From Gammaproteobacteria bacterium (GTDB lineage Bacteria; Pseudomonadota; Gammaproteobacteria; CAJXQU01): a DNA stretch of 64,000 bases. The translations under genes and the position numbers were made by a program. The notes below the pieces were generated by a model. It did not search any database. It saw only the letters and a list, made by a program, of their open reading frames with translations, and was not told the DNA's origin. Below, piece after piece: positions 41,560 through 49,103 of the stretch; within the stretch, counting starts at the first letter, position 1; every line of letters begins with the position of its first letter. Location: positions 934,089-998,088 of the forward strand of contig CBDEGZ010000003.1 in NCBI GenBank assembly GCA_965238175.1, given 5' to 3'.

Positions 41560-41890
41560 TTAGAATCGAGCCTCTACAACTCTGTGACGAATATGCTTGA
41601 GAAGCGCGTTAAAGGTTTGAAGAAAACTAAGGTGCTGATGCAGGAAAAAATGGCAAATTGTCATCGTCCGGTGAGAGGGATAGCGAAACTTATAGAATCG
41701 CAATAGAATTCCTCGCAAAGCCTTATAAAATCTGGTTTTCCAAGTGACTAGAAGATAAGCGGAGAGTGCTAAAATTGGCTTTTGCAGACCGATTGACTTA
41801 TGTGTGTGGGAAGGGTTATAGAACTGCAAAAACGATTTACCTTTCAAAGTGTTAAGGAAATATTTTACTCAAAAAGAAGTAATGGTGGGC
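41560..41890 (+). pseudogene. Degraded 3' end of a second large serine recombinase gene
   Basis: LEKRVKGLKKTKVLMQEKMANCHRPV... then, in shifted frames, KISGECAKIGFCRPIDL / LPFKVLRKYFTQKEVMVG. This parallels residues about 410-507 of the intact recombinase (LEKRVKALEEKKIVIQEKTANCRRPV ... LPFKVLGDFFAQKEVMVG). Confidence 0.8.
41868..41890 (+). repeat. attL-side copy of the 23-bp direct repeat ctcaaaaagaagtaatggtgggc
   Basis: Identical to 60802-60824. Its last 8 nt are the 3' end (ACCA plus first acceptor bases) of the tRNA on the opposite strand. Confidence 0.85.
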
Positions 41891-41985
41891 ATCGATGTGG
41901 AAACATCGAACCAACTTTTCGAGACTTTAGCAGAATGGGATGACTACTTACAACACCATGTTCCATACTTTCAGGAGCCACAACC

Positions 41986-42429
41986 ATGAGCGCCGTAGTC
42001 AATCAAAAGCTACGGGCTACGACAGCATTTCAAGCAGTTTCCGGTAAACAAAACTCTCACCCCGGCAAACGTGCTGCTCCTTTTTCACTTCGACTGACAG
42101 CCGACGAAAGAGCCTACCTTGAACAATTAGCAGGTAATCGCTCTCTGAGCGCCTACATCCGAGAACAGTTATTGGGTGACAAGGTACATAAACGCCGTGT
42201 CTTAAGAAAACCCAAAATGGATGAGGCGCAATACGCTTCCTTACTGGCAGCATTAGGGCAATCCCATCTCTCATCCAACCTCAACCAATTGGCAAAACAT
42301 GCCAACATGGGCACACTGGATGTTTCAGAAGAAACGGAACGACAATTGGAGGAAGCGTATAAAACCATCTTGGTGGTGCGAGAAACCTTATTGATGGCCT
42401 TGGGTCTCAAAACAGGAGATAGCACATGA
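41986..42429 (+). CDS. mobC: MobC-family relaxosome accessory protein
   Basis: FSLRLTADERAYLEQLAGNRSLSAYIREQLLG is the MobC signature. ATGA overlap with the relaxase start. Confidence 0.75.
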   Translation: MSAVVNQKLRATTAFQAVSGKQNSHPGKRAAPFSLRLTADERAYLEQLAGNRSLSAYIREQLLGDKVHKRRVLRKPKMDEAQYASLLAALGQSHLSSNLNQLAKHANMGTLDVSEETERQLEEAYKTILVVRETLLMALGLKTGDST

Positions 42430-43709
42430 ACCTGCAAGGCAGTCAACGCGGTGGCGCAAAAGACCTAGCATTGCATCTTCTCAAAGAAGAGAACGAACAT
42501 GTTGAAGTGCATGAGCTACGTGGGTTTGTGTCTGATGATTTAGTCTCTGCCCTCAACGAAACCCATGCAATTAGTCGTGGCACCAAAGCCAAACAATTCT
42601 TGTTTTCTCTTAGCCTGAACCCACCTCCAAAAGAAAACGTTTCAACAAAGACGTTTGAGGATGCGATACAACGGGTGGAAGACAAGCTAAACCTGACCAA
42701 TCAACCCCGCGGCATTGTCTTTCATGAAAAACAGGGGCGTCGTCACGCACATGCGGTCTGGTCGCGCATTGATACAGAAACCATGAAAGCTATTCCGTTA
42801 CCGCACACACGTTACAAACTCAGAGATATTTCCCGCGAGTTATATTTAGAAAATGGCTGGGATATGCCAAAGGGTTATCTGAATTCCAAAGAACGTGATC
42901 CTAAAAATTTTACCCATGCTCAATGGCAGCAAGCCAAACGCTTGGGTAAAGACCCACGAGAAATAAAGGCTGCGTTTCAGGAGAGTTGGTCAATCAGTGA
43001 TACTCAAAGCGCTTTTCAGCAGGCCTTGAAAGAACGGGGTTACGCATTGGCAAAAGGTGATAGACGCGGTTTTGTCGCCCTCGACCATCGCTGTGAAGTC
43101 TTCTCAGTCCCAAAGTGGACAGGCCTTAAAACCAAAGACATCAAAACCAAACTCACCGAGAAAGAAAATCTGCCTTCGGTTGATACTGCCAGAGCGCAGA
43201 TTTCCAAGGAGATGCAATCACGGTTAACGACATTGCAAAGGCAACAACACGAAGCAATTGAGGGACGTGTGAGTGAGATTGAGCAAAAGCGGGTGCCGTT
43301 GATGCAAGCTCAGCAAGCTGAACGCCTTCAACTTAAAGCATCTCAGCAAACTCGCTGGCAAGCTGAAACCTTGCAACGACAGGCGCGATTTAATAAAGGG
43401 CTACGAGGATTGTTTGATCATGTCACAGGTCAGCGCCGCCGTATCCAAGAACAAAATGAGCAGGAAACCTATGAATCCAGCGAGCGCGATAAACAAGAAA
43501 AAGACACGTTAATCTTTACACAACTCAATCAGCGGCGAATGTTACAGAGCCGTATTGAACGCTTGCAAGATTTTAAGCAGCACCGGGTTGAATCACTCTC
43601 CCATGACATTAAGCAATACCAAGAAGTCAGAGAGAGAAAACGTGAAGTTGTCGATTTTAAAGAGCGAATGCAACAGCGCCGCCAACGAGGGCCTGAACGT
43701 GAGCGTTAA
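42426..43709 (+). CDS. Relaxase/mobilization nuclease (MobA/VirD2 family)
   Basis: N-terminal relaxase domain with the HAHAVWSRID histidine motif. Coiled-coil Gln/Arg-rich C-terminal half. Confidence 0.85.
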   Translation: MNLQGSQRGGAKDLALHLLKEENEHVEVHELRGFVSDDLVSALNETHAISRGTKAKQFLFSLSLNPPPKENVSTKTFEDAIQRVEDKLNLTNQPRGIVFHEKQGRRHAHAVWSRIDTETMKAIPLPHTRYKLRDISRELYLENGWDMPKGYLNSKERDPKNFTHAQWQQAKRLGKDPREIKAAFQESWSISDTQSAFQQALKERGYALAKGDRRGFVALDHRCEVFSVPKWTGLKTKDIKTKLTEKENLPSVDTARAQISKEMQSRLTTLQRQQHEAIEGRVSEIEQKRVPLMQAQQAERLQLKASQQTRWQAETLQRQARFNKGLRGLFDHVTGQRRRIQEQNEQETYESSERDKQEKDTLIFTQLNQRRMLQSRIERLQDFKQHRVESLSHDIKQYQEVRERKREVVDFKERMQQRRQRGPERER

Positions 43710-43749
43710 GCCAATTTTATCCATCCCCTAATAACAGGGGATTAATCGC

Positions 43750-43778
43750 TTGACCTCTCACTTAGTAGCAACTATATT
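43750..43778 (+). promoter_or_regulatory. Candidate sigma70 promoter of higBA
   Basis: ttgacc - 17 nt - tatatt, about 40 nt upstream of the higB ATG. A second candidate is ttgacg - 17 nt - taatat at 43784-43812. Confidence 0.4.
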
Positions 43779-43817
43779 TACGATTGACGTAACACGTACT
43801 TTTTGGTAATATAAAAG

Positions 43818-44093
43818 ATGATAATAGACTTTAAGTGCAGGAAAACCGAACGTCTGTTTAATGGTGAACATATCCCGGCGTTTTCCGGCTTTAAGCGACA
43901 GGCTGAAAAACGCCTTCGTATATTGGATGCGGCAGATACACTTGGGGCGTTGCAAGCCTTGCCGAGTAACCGTTTTGAATCCTTATCCGGTGATCGGGCA
44001 GGACAATACAGTATCCGCGTTAATATGCAGTGGCGTGTTTGTTTTACATGGGACGAAGGTGCTCACGATGTAGAGATAGTGGATTACCACTAG
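43818..44093 (+). CDS. higB: HigB-type toxin (RelE/ParE superfamily, plasmid maintenance killer protein)
   Basis: 91 aa. MIIDFKCRKTERLF...NRFESLSGDRAGQYSIRVNMQWRVCF is the typical HigB pattern. Confidence 0.85.
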   Translation: MIIDFKCRKTERLFNGEHIPAFSGFKRQAEKRLRILDAADTLGALQALPSNRFESLSGDRAGQYSIRVNMQWRVCFTWDEGAHDVEIVDYH

Positions 44094-44105
44094 ATAGAGA
44101 AATGA

Positions 44106-44417
44106 ATGGAGTTAATCATGGCTAGAGAAGCAATACACCCCGGCGAAATTCTGGCAGATGAGCTGGAAGAAATCGGAATTACAGCGGCGGAATTATCGCG
44201 TCAAATTGATGTGCCACCCAACCGTATATCACATATTGTTCGTGGTATGCGGGATGTTACGGCGGATACGGCGCTAAGGCTCGGTCAGTTTTTTGGGACG
44301 GGGCCGGAGCTTTGGATGAATCTGCAAAAAACCTATGAACTAGATAAGGCGAAAGCCGAGTTAGGTGCAACGATTAAGAAAATACATCGCTGGCAGCCTC
44401 AAGACATGCATGTTTAA
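44106..44417 (+). CDS. higA: HigA antitoxin (XRE-family HTH)
   Basis: IHPGEILADELEEIGITAAELSRQIDVPPNRISHIVRG is the HigA signature. Confidence 0.88.
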   Translation: MELIMAREAIHPGEILADELEEIGITAAELSRQIDVPPNRISHIVRGMRDVTADTALRLGQFFGTGPELWMNLQKTYELDKAKAELGATIKKIHRWQPQDMHV

Positions 44418-44441
44418 GACGGTAGATTAAGGTATTAAGTT

Positions 44442-44602
44442 ATGGCGACAATGAATATTTCCTTACCGAGCCTATGCGTAAATGGGTCGAGTCCAGAACC
44501 GATGATGGTCAATATGCGAATAATAGCGATTATGTGCGTGACTTAATTCGTAAAGATATACAGCGAGCCGAGAAAATTCAGCAAGAACTGGATAGTGAGT
44601 AA
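44442..44602 (+). pseudogene. parD: ParD/CC2985-family antitoxin with a 1-bp deletion; no partner toxin
   Basis: 161 nt. MATMNISLP then, after a -1 shift, PMRKWVESRTDDGQYANNSDYVRDLIRKDIQRAEKIQQELDSE*. The sequence ttaccgagcctatg lacks one base relative to an in-frame reading. Confidence 0.7.
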
Positions 44603-44712
44603 TGGGTAGCATATAAGCAAAGTATTAATTTTTTCGGTAGAAGTTCAATTAGCTGCTAGAGACTACCAACAGTCCCCTGACAGATTGAGACATCAATAAT
44701 TGGAGAATAACT

Positions 44713-45036
44713 ATGCCAGATTATCACAACTACTATGGTAGTGCAGAGGATCCCACTGAAAAGCACAAAGTTGAGTCTGGGGGAATTCGACGTTATACGA
44801 AGAGCAGTGTTTTCTTCGCTAGTTTTCAACGTTGGAAACCAGGTATTTTGTGGAGGTTCACACCAAATACTAGGCTTGTTGAGTTCACAAACAATTCAGG
44901 CAAAGGATGGGTAACTATGACAGGTTTAGATGGTCCTTCGGATAAACAAACATTCTATGCTTACCAGAACGTGAAAAGTCTGGAACAGGAGATAGCTAAA
45001 CAAGGTGTGCTGAAAGAGCCCCGCTACCCAGAATAA
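44713..45036 (+). CDS. Hypothetical protein
   Basis: 107-aa ORF with ggag upstream. No family recognised. Confidence 0.4.
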   Translation: MPDYHNYYGSAEDPTEKHKVESGGIRRYTKSSVFFASFQRWKPGILWRFTPNTRLVEFTNNSGKGWVTMTGLDGPSDKQTFYAYQNVKSLEQEIAKQGVLKEPRYPE

Positions 45037-45114
45037 TGGGGCAAATAAACCGATGCTGCCTAACAAGTTCGGGCAACGCATTTCTCGTTTTGTCGTTATT
45101 CTCTATAAATATCA

Positions 45115-45291
45115 TTAATACATAGGTGAGTTTTCAATCAGTTCCCGCAGGCCATTAAGGAGCGGCCCAAGGTCATCACCCTCAATGATTTTTATTACTT
45201 CTTCTTCATGGTCGGCCAGTTCCGCAATTAACGTACCGTAGGCTTTCATATAAATCCGGTAGTGGTAGAGCGTTTTGGCATTAACCGACAT
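45115..45291 (-). CDS. Hypothetical small protein downstream of the resolvase
   Basis: MSVNAKTLYHYRIYMKAYGTLIAELADHEEEV... The start overlaps the resolvase 3' end by 11 nt. Confidence 0.35.
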   Translation of the reverse strand: MSVNAKTLYHYRIYMKAYGTLIAELADHEEEVIKIIEGDDLGPLLNGLRELIENSPMY

Positions 45292-45871
45292 TTGCAAGCA
45301 CTCCTTCCTCACTCACCTGCGAAATAATCCGCGAGACAGTGCGCACAGATACATCAAACTGACTTGCAATTTGCGCCGGGGTTAAACCGGGTTGTTCTTG
45401 TAATAAACTTTGCGCATAAATTATTTCATCATCTGAAAGCTTACGCGGCCTGCCGATATGCACCCCGCGCTTTCGCGCCGCATCCATCCCGGCAATCGTG
45501 CGCTCACGTATCAAATTACGTTCCAGTTCAGAAAACGCATGACGCACTTGATACATGCACTTTCCCATCGGCGTAGTGGTATCAATCGCCTCAGTTAAAC
45601 AGCGGAACTCAACGCCGCGCCTTTCAAATTCTTCGAGCGTATCCAGTGCATTTTTTAATGAGCGAAAGGCCCTGTCCATTTTCCAGACCACCAACACATC
45701 ACCTTCTTGCAAGCATGCTAACGCCTGTTCAAATCCGGGCCGGGTTTTGGCTATGGCCGAGACACCTTCATCTTCAAAGACAGGATGGCATCCGGCATCG
45801 AGTAAGGCATCACGTTGTAAATCGAGATTTTGTTCTTGTGTGCTGACACGGGCGTAACCGATAACGGCCAT
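45281..45871 (-). CDS. Small serine recombinase (resolvase/invertase family)
   Basis: IGYARVSTQEQ catalytic-Ser motif, a resolvase core, and a C-terminal HTH. Confidence 0.9.
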   Translation of the reverse strand: MAVIGYARVSTQEQNLDLQRDALLDAGCHPVFEDEGVSAIAKTRPGFEQALACLQEGDVLVVWKMDRAFRSLKNALDTLEEFERRGVEFRCLTEAIDTTTPMGKCMYQVRHAFSELERNLIRERTIAGMDAARKRGVHIGRPRKLSDDEIIYAQSLLQEQPGLTPAQIASQFDVSVRTVSRIISQVSEEGVLANVG

Positions 45872-45922
45872 AGGTTTCTCCTACTTGTTTAATATCATTA
45901 ACCCTTTGCGCCGAAGTATAGA

Positions 45923-45940
45923 CAAAAGGGAACCCTTTTG
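45923..45940. promoter_or_regulatory. Palindromic recombinase-type site A: caaaaggg-AA-cccttttg
   Basis: Perfect 8-bp arms around a central AA, 52 nt upstream of the resolvase start. An extra half-site-like ccctttg lies at 45902-45908. Confidence 0.5.
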
Positions 45941-46016
45941 ACTTATGCTCATAAACACCTCCTGTCAACCTAAAAACCCGCGCATTTAGCGGCATAAAAC
46001 CCATGATTGTGATTAT

Positions 46017-46038
46017 GGCAAAAGGGTTCCCTTTTGCC
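46017..46038. promoter_or_regulatory. Palindromic recombinase-type site B: ggcaaaaggg-TT-cccttttgcc
   Basis: Perfect 10-bp arms around a central TT. Same arm sequence as site A, centres 96 bp apart. Confidence 0.5.
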
Positions 46039-46051
46039 GAACCTTAAGTGT

Positions 46052-46294
46052 ATGAAAAACAATGTATATTTCGGTTTTTTGGTTGTGGTTTTTTTAGTTG
46101 TTTTATTCGTGTTTTCTTATAGGGCAGCATTCGCACAGGAGGAATTATTATCTGCAAAAAATGATTATATTACCTGCTGGAAGCAACCGTGTGTGTTGGT
46201 AGAAGGCAGTATCTGGTCAGAAAAAAATCCCAATGGTGTGGCGGTTAGTGTGGCGATGGGCACAAAACCACTTATTCTACAACCAGCGCTTTAG
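46052..46294 (+). CDS. Small secreted protein
   Basis: MKNNVYFGFLVVVFLVVLFVFSYRAAFAQ signal peptide. The ORF-track TTG start at 46034 lies inside site B. Confidence 0.4.
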   Translation: MKNNVYFGFLVVVFLVVLFVFSYRAAFAQEELLSAKNDYITCWKQPCVLVEGSIWSEKNPNGVAVSVAMGTKPLILQPAL

Positions 46295-46862
46295 CATTAT
46301 TCAAATTGTTCTGCTTCTGCGCCCACTGCGCATAATCACCATACTCTGGATGGTCTTTATATTCATTTTTAATGCTGCCATCGGGGTTAAGCATTTCGTT
46401 GATAAGATGTGCCTCTAACCGTTCACGGTAATCAGCCATACTCTCATCGGGATTACGCTGTGGGATTTCATCTTCATCCAATATTTGCAACGCCAATTTT
46501 TCCCGCCATTCTTCACCGTCACGCGCCTGAAACTTTTCTTCCAACGCTTTGATATCGGCTTCCATCCGCTGGAGAGAAGCGCGGACTTGCTCTATTAATT
46601 CGGTAATTTGCGCCGTTTGGCGTTCTTTGTTCTTGCGGGTTTTGGCCTGTTTGGATTGTACGCCGGTGGCCGCGCCACCGCGTTCAATCACACCATCAAC
46701 CGAACCACCGGGCTGACCCAGCAGGATTTGGTTTTCTTTTTCGATGAATTCTTGGTGACGCAACGCGTTAAACTCTTCGTCCGACAGGCAGGTGTCACAG
46801 TGAATAAAAGTATCGGTTAATCCGCCGGATAGTCGCAGAGTATCGGTAGTCGGTTTAACCAT
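46272..46862 (-). CDS. Hypothetical coiled-coil protein
   Basis: 196-aa ORF. No family recognised. Confidence 0.4.
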   Translation of the reverse strand: MVKPTTDTLRLSGGLTDTFIHCDTCLSDEEFNALRHQEFIEKENQILLGQPGGSVDGVIERGGAATGVQSKQAKTRKNKERQTAQITELIEQVRASLQRMEADIKALEEKFQARDGEEWREKLALQILDEDEIPQRNPDESMADYRERLEAHLINEMLNPDGSIKNEYKDHPEYGDYAQWAQKQNNLNNAKALVVE

Positions 46863-46900
46863 AGATCGCCCCGCTTGAAAGTCGGGTCGCCGAAAAACCG

Positions 46901-46951
46901 CGATATGCTACTGCATATCGAAGATTAAGAATAACGGCGTTATTCTTAATC
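46901..46951. promoter_or_regulatory. Two adjacent perfect palindromes (terminator and/or operator)
   Basis: cgatatgc-tact-gcatatcg (46901-46920) and gattaagaataac-ggc-gttattcttaatc (46923-46951). On the minus strand they are followed by cggttttt. Confidence 0.4.
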
Positions 46952-47102
46952 ACTGTTAAGCAAATATCAGACACACTACACCCCATTGTCCCTACCTCCC
47001 TGTGCTCTTAGTCATTATTATTCCCATAAATACTACCGGGAATTGATTAAAAAATACTTAATACAACTAAAATGGGAAGTGTGAAAAGTACGTAAAAATC
47101 GG

Positions 47103-47609
47103 TTACCGTTCGCGGTCTTTATCCCGGTTAGATTTTGTCCGTATTTTCTGCCGATGTTCACGTACCTGCTTATTCAGGGCTTTATCATCCCGGTCAATCA
47201 CATTCAGGTTACGGTTTCTTGCATTCTCCCGCACCTGTTCAATCGTGGTTTTAATCAAGCCTTGCGGTAAATAACCGTAGGCCAATTCACCAAATTGGGT
47301 TTTTCTCACATCCGGGCCTTGCCATGTAAAACGGTTCACTTCACGGGTGATGATCCAAGATTGATCATCATCTAGCTTTAGACGTTGTTTCGTGGCTAAC
47401 GGAATTTCTTTAGCCTGAGTTAAGTCGTCAGGGGGTGTATGCGTAATCGGACAGATAAAGACTTCGGTTTCATCGAACTCATTCAAGCGTTTATGAACAA
47501 TGACGCAAGGCCGGGCTTTACGTCCTTCCTCGTGTCCTCGTTGTTGTTCATCCCGCCAAAGATACAAATGACGGATAACCAAGCCTATTTCAGGGGTATC
47601 CTCCGCCAT
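47103..47609 (-). CDS. PemK/MazF-fold-like toxin candidate with long basic C-terminal tail
   Basis: GLVIRHLYLW..(14)..KARPCVIV...VFICPITH resembles the MazF/PemK G.h..V.F...RP.hVh...hhP.T pattern. It lies 6 nt downstream of a Phd-type antitoxin. Confidence 0.5.
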   Translation of the reverse strand: MAEDTPEIGLVIRHLYLWRDEQQRGHEEGRKARPCVIVHKRLNEFDETEVFICPITHTPPDDLTQAKEIPLATKQRLKLDDDQSWIITREVNRFTWQGPDVRKTQFGELAYGYLPQGLIKTTIEQVRENARNRNLNVIDRDDKALNKQVREHRQKIRTKSNRDKDRER

Positions 47610-47615
47610 TACTGA

Positions 47616-47876
47616 TTATGAGGATTTATATTCGTGGTCGAATTGTTGGGTTTCTTTGGGAATGGGTAACGTACCTAATTCGTCGATAACCTCTTTGGGT
47701 AATTCGTTGGCATAGAAGGTTTGTTGGTCAAGCTGGCGTAAGCGGCTGTACTCTTCTGCCGAAATCAGTGCTAAATCATCCCGCCCATGGTTGGTGATGA
47801 TGACCGCCCCCTTATGGGCTTCGGTACGAAAGCGACCAAATTCCTTTTGGAATTCCGCTGATGTGATTTTGTTCAT
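47616..47876 (-). CDS. Phd/YefM-family antitoxin
   Basis: MNKITSAEFQKEFGRFRTEAHKGAVIITNHGRDDLALISAEEYSRL is the Phd/YefM N-terminal signature. Confidence 0.8.
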   Translation of the reverse strand: MNKITSAEFQKEFGRFRTEAHKGAVIITNHGRDDLALISAEEYSRLRQLDQQTFYANELPKEVIDELGTLPIPKETQQFDHEYKSS

Positions 47877-47900
47877 GGTGATATCTCCTAATCCTATATC

Positions 47901-47950
47901 GGCATTAAATGCCTATTATTTATATTATCCGTAAAATATGGATTTTACAA
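47901..47950 (-). promoter_or_regulatory. Candidate promoter plus palindromic operator of the phd-toxin pair
   Basis: Minus strand: ttgtaa - 17 nt - taatat (47950-47922), then the palindrome ggcatt-t-aatgcc (47901-47913) between the -10 and the RBS aggag. Confidence 0.45.
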
Positions 47951-47997
47951 GAAGAATATATTCCTACCTTTTTATGCCTGTCTGGAAGAGTTGTTCT

Positions 47998-48174
47998 TTA
48001 TTCTGGCTGTCTATCGGGAAACTGAGATAACTCAGTTTCCAACGCCTCAGACAGAGTGTTGCGTTCATCAACATTATCAAGGCTAAGTCCATCGTGTTGT
48101 TCAAGGATAGTCGAGATAATCTCGCGTAAACTTCGACTATTTTCTTTTTTATCTGTGTGTTTTTGATTTGGCAT
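47998..48174 (-). CDS. Hypothetical 58-aa protein
   Basis: Manual ORF MPNQKHTDKKENSRSLREIISTILEQHDGLSLDNVDERNTLSEALETELSQFPDRQPE, below the ORF-track cutoff, between ardA and phd. Confidence 0.3.
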   Translation of the reverse strand: MPNQKHTDKKENSRSLREIISTILEQHDGLSLDNVDERNTLSEALETELSQFPDRQPE

Positions 48175-48215
48175 TTTAGTATCCTTTGCGTTGTTGTTTT
48201 TGCCTCTTTTTCAGC

Positions 48216-48734
48216 CTAATGGCTCCAGAATATATGCGCTTCTTGACAGCCCGTTTCGATAGTGTAAATATCGCCGCCCATTTCCATGTCACGCCCCATG
48301 CGTTCATAGTCGATATAGAACGCTAAATGTTCTGGAATATCGGTGGTGGTGTCTTCGGTGAGTTGCTGGGCGTAACCGGCCACACTTTCATATTCACCAC
48401 TGTAATTTTCTTCTAAGGCTTTTCGGGCATCTTCGATGTCACCGCACCAATGATTTAAAACCGCTGCTCCCAACTCGCCGTGTTCTTCAATAAACAGGGC
48501 TTTATTGTTGGCACTTTCCAATCCTTCATATTCTGAAAGTTCGACACCGCCAAATCCTTCGTAATCATGCAGCGAATATTCTTCTGCATCTTCAATAGGG
48601 CTGGCTTTCAGCATGTCTCGGACAGCTTTCAAGATATCCTGTAAATCCTGCGTCGCATCAATCCATGCACCATGCAAAATACCGTTGTTGTAAGCGGCTA
48701 AATCTGCCACGTGAATTTTAGGTTCTATGTTCAT
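48216..48734 (-). CDS. ardA: Antirestriction protein ArdA
   Basis: HVADLAAYNNGILHGAWIDA N-terminus, very acidic, YIDYERMGRDMEMGGDIYTIE C-terminus. These are ArdA hallmarks. Confidence 0.85.
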   Translation of the reverse strand: MNIEPKIHVADLAAYNNGILHGAWIDATQDLQDILKAVRDMLKASPIEDAEEYSLHDYEGFGGVELSEYEGLESANNKALFIEEHGELGAAVLNHWCGDIEDARKALEENYSGEYESVAGYAQQLTEDTTTDIPEHLAFYIDYERMGRDMEMGGDIYTIETGCQEAHIFWSH

Positions 48735-49103
48735 TGTCTTTTCTCCTAAATCGTTGCTGAGGTTTATGAAGCAGCTTTTGCGCTGCTCATGAACCTCTGG
48801 CGACTAGGCCGACTAGCGGACGTGAGAATTCCAGAAAAATTGCGGAGTGTCTGCGCCTTTTGTGGCGTAGAAACCGTCATTATTCTTGAATTTGAGGGGA
48901 ACAAGACCCCCTCTCTTTTGGGGCGTTGCGGGGTATCCCGCTAGAAAGGGGTGCCGGAAAACGCAGCTTTTGCTGCGGTTGAAGCAGGTGGAAGGCTTTC
49001 CCCCCCACAAAGCTATATTCATATTAAAAGACAGCTCTGCTATCGACTGCTATGATAAAGCGATGTATAAAAACGTGTTTATTGGTTAAATTAGAGAGTC
49101 CTG

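Noticed and set aside
41891-41912. Short inverted repeat tcgatgt-ggaa-acatcga at the left end of the IME as oriT
   Set aside because: A 7-bp stem is too weak for a call, and I cannot recognise a nick-site consensus. It could equally be part of the recombinase attP arm. It is noted here but not annotated.
48813-49089. ORFs 48813-49022 (-) and 48886-49089 (+) between ardA and the DUF5131 gene
   Set aside because: They lie in the GC-rich hairpin-dense leader, their translations are Gly/Pro/Arg-rich without an RBS, and they overlap each other antisense. The region is treated as non-coding structured DNA.
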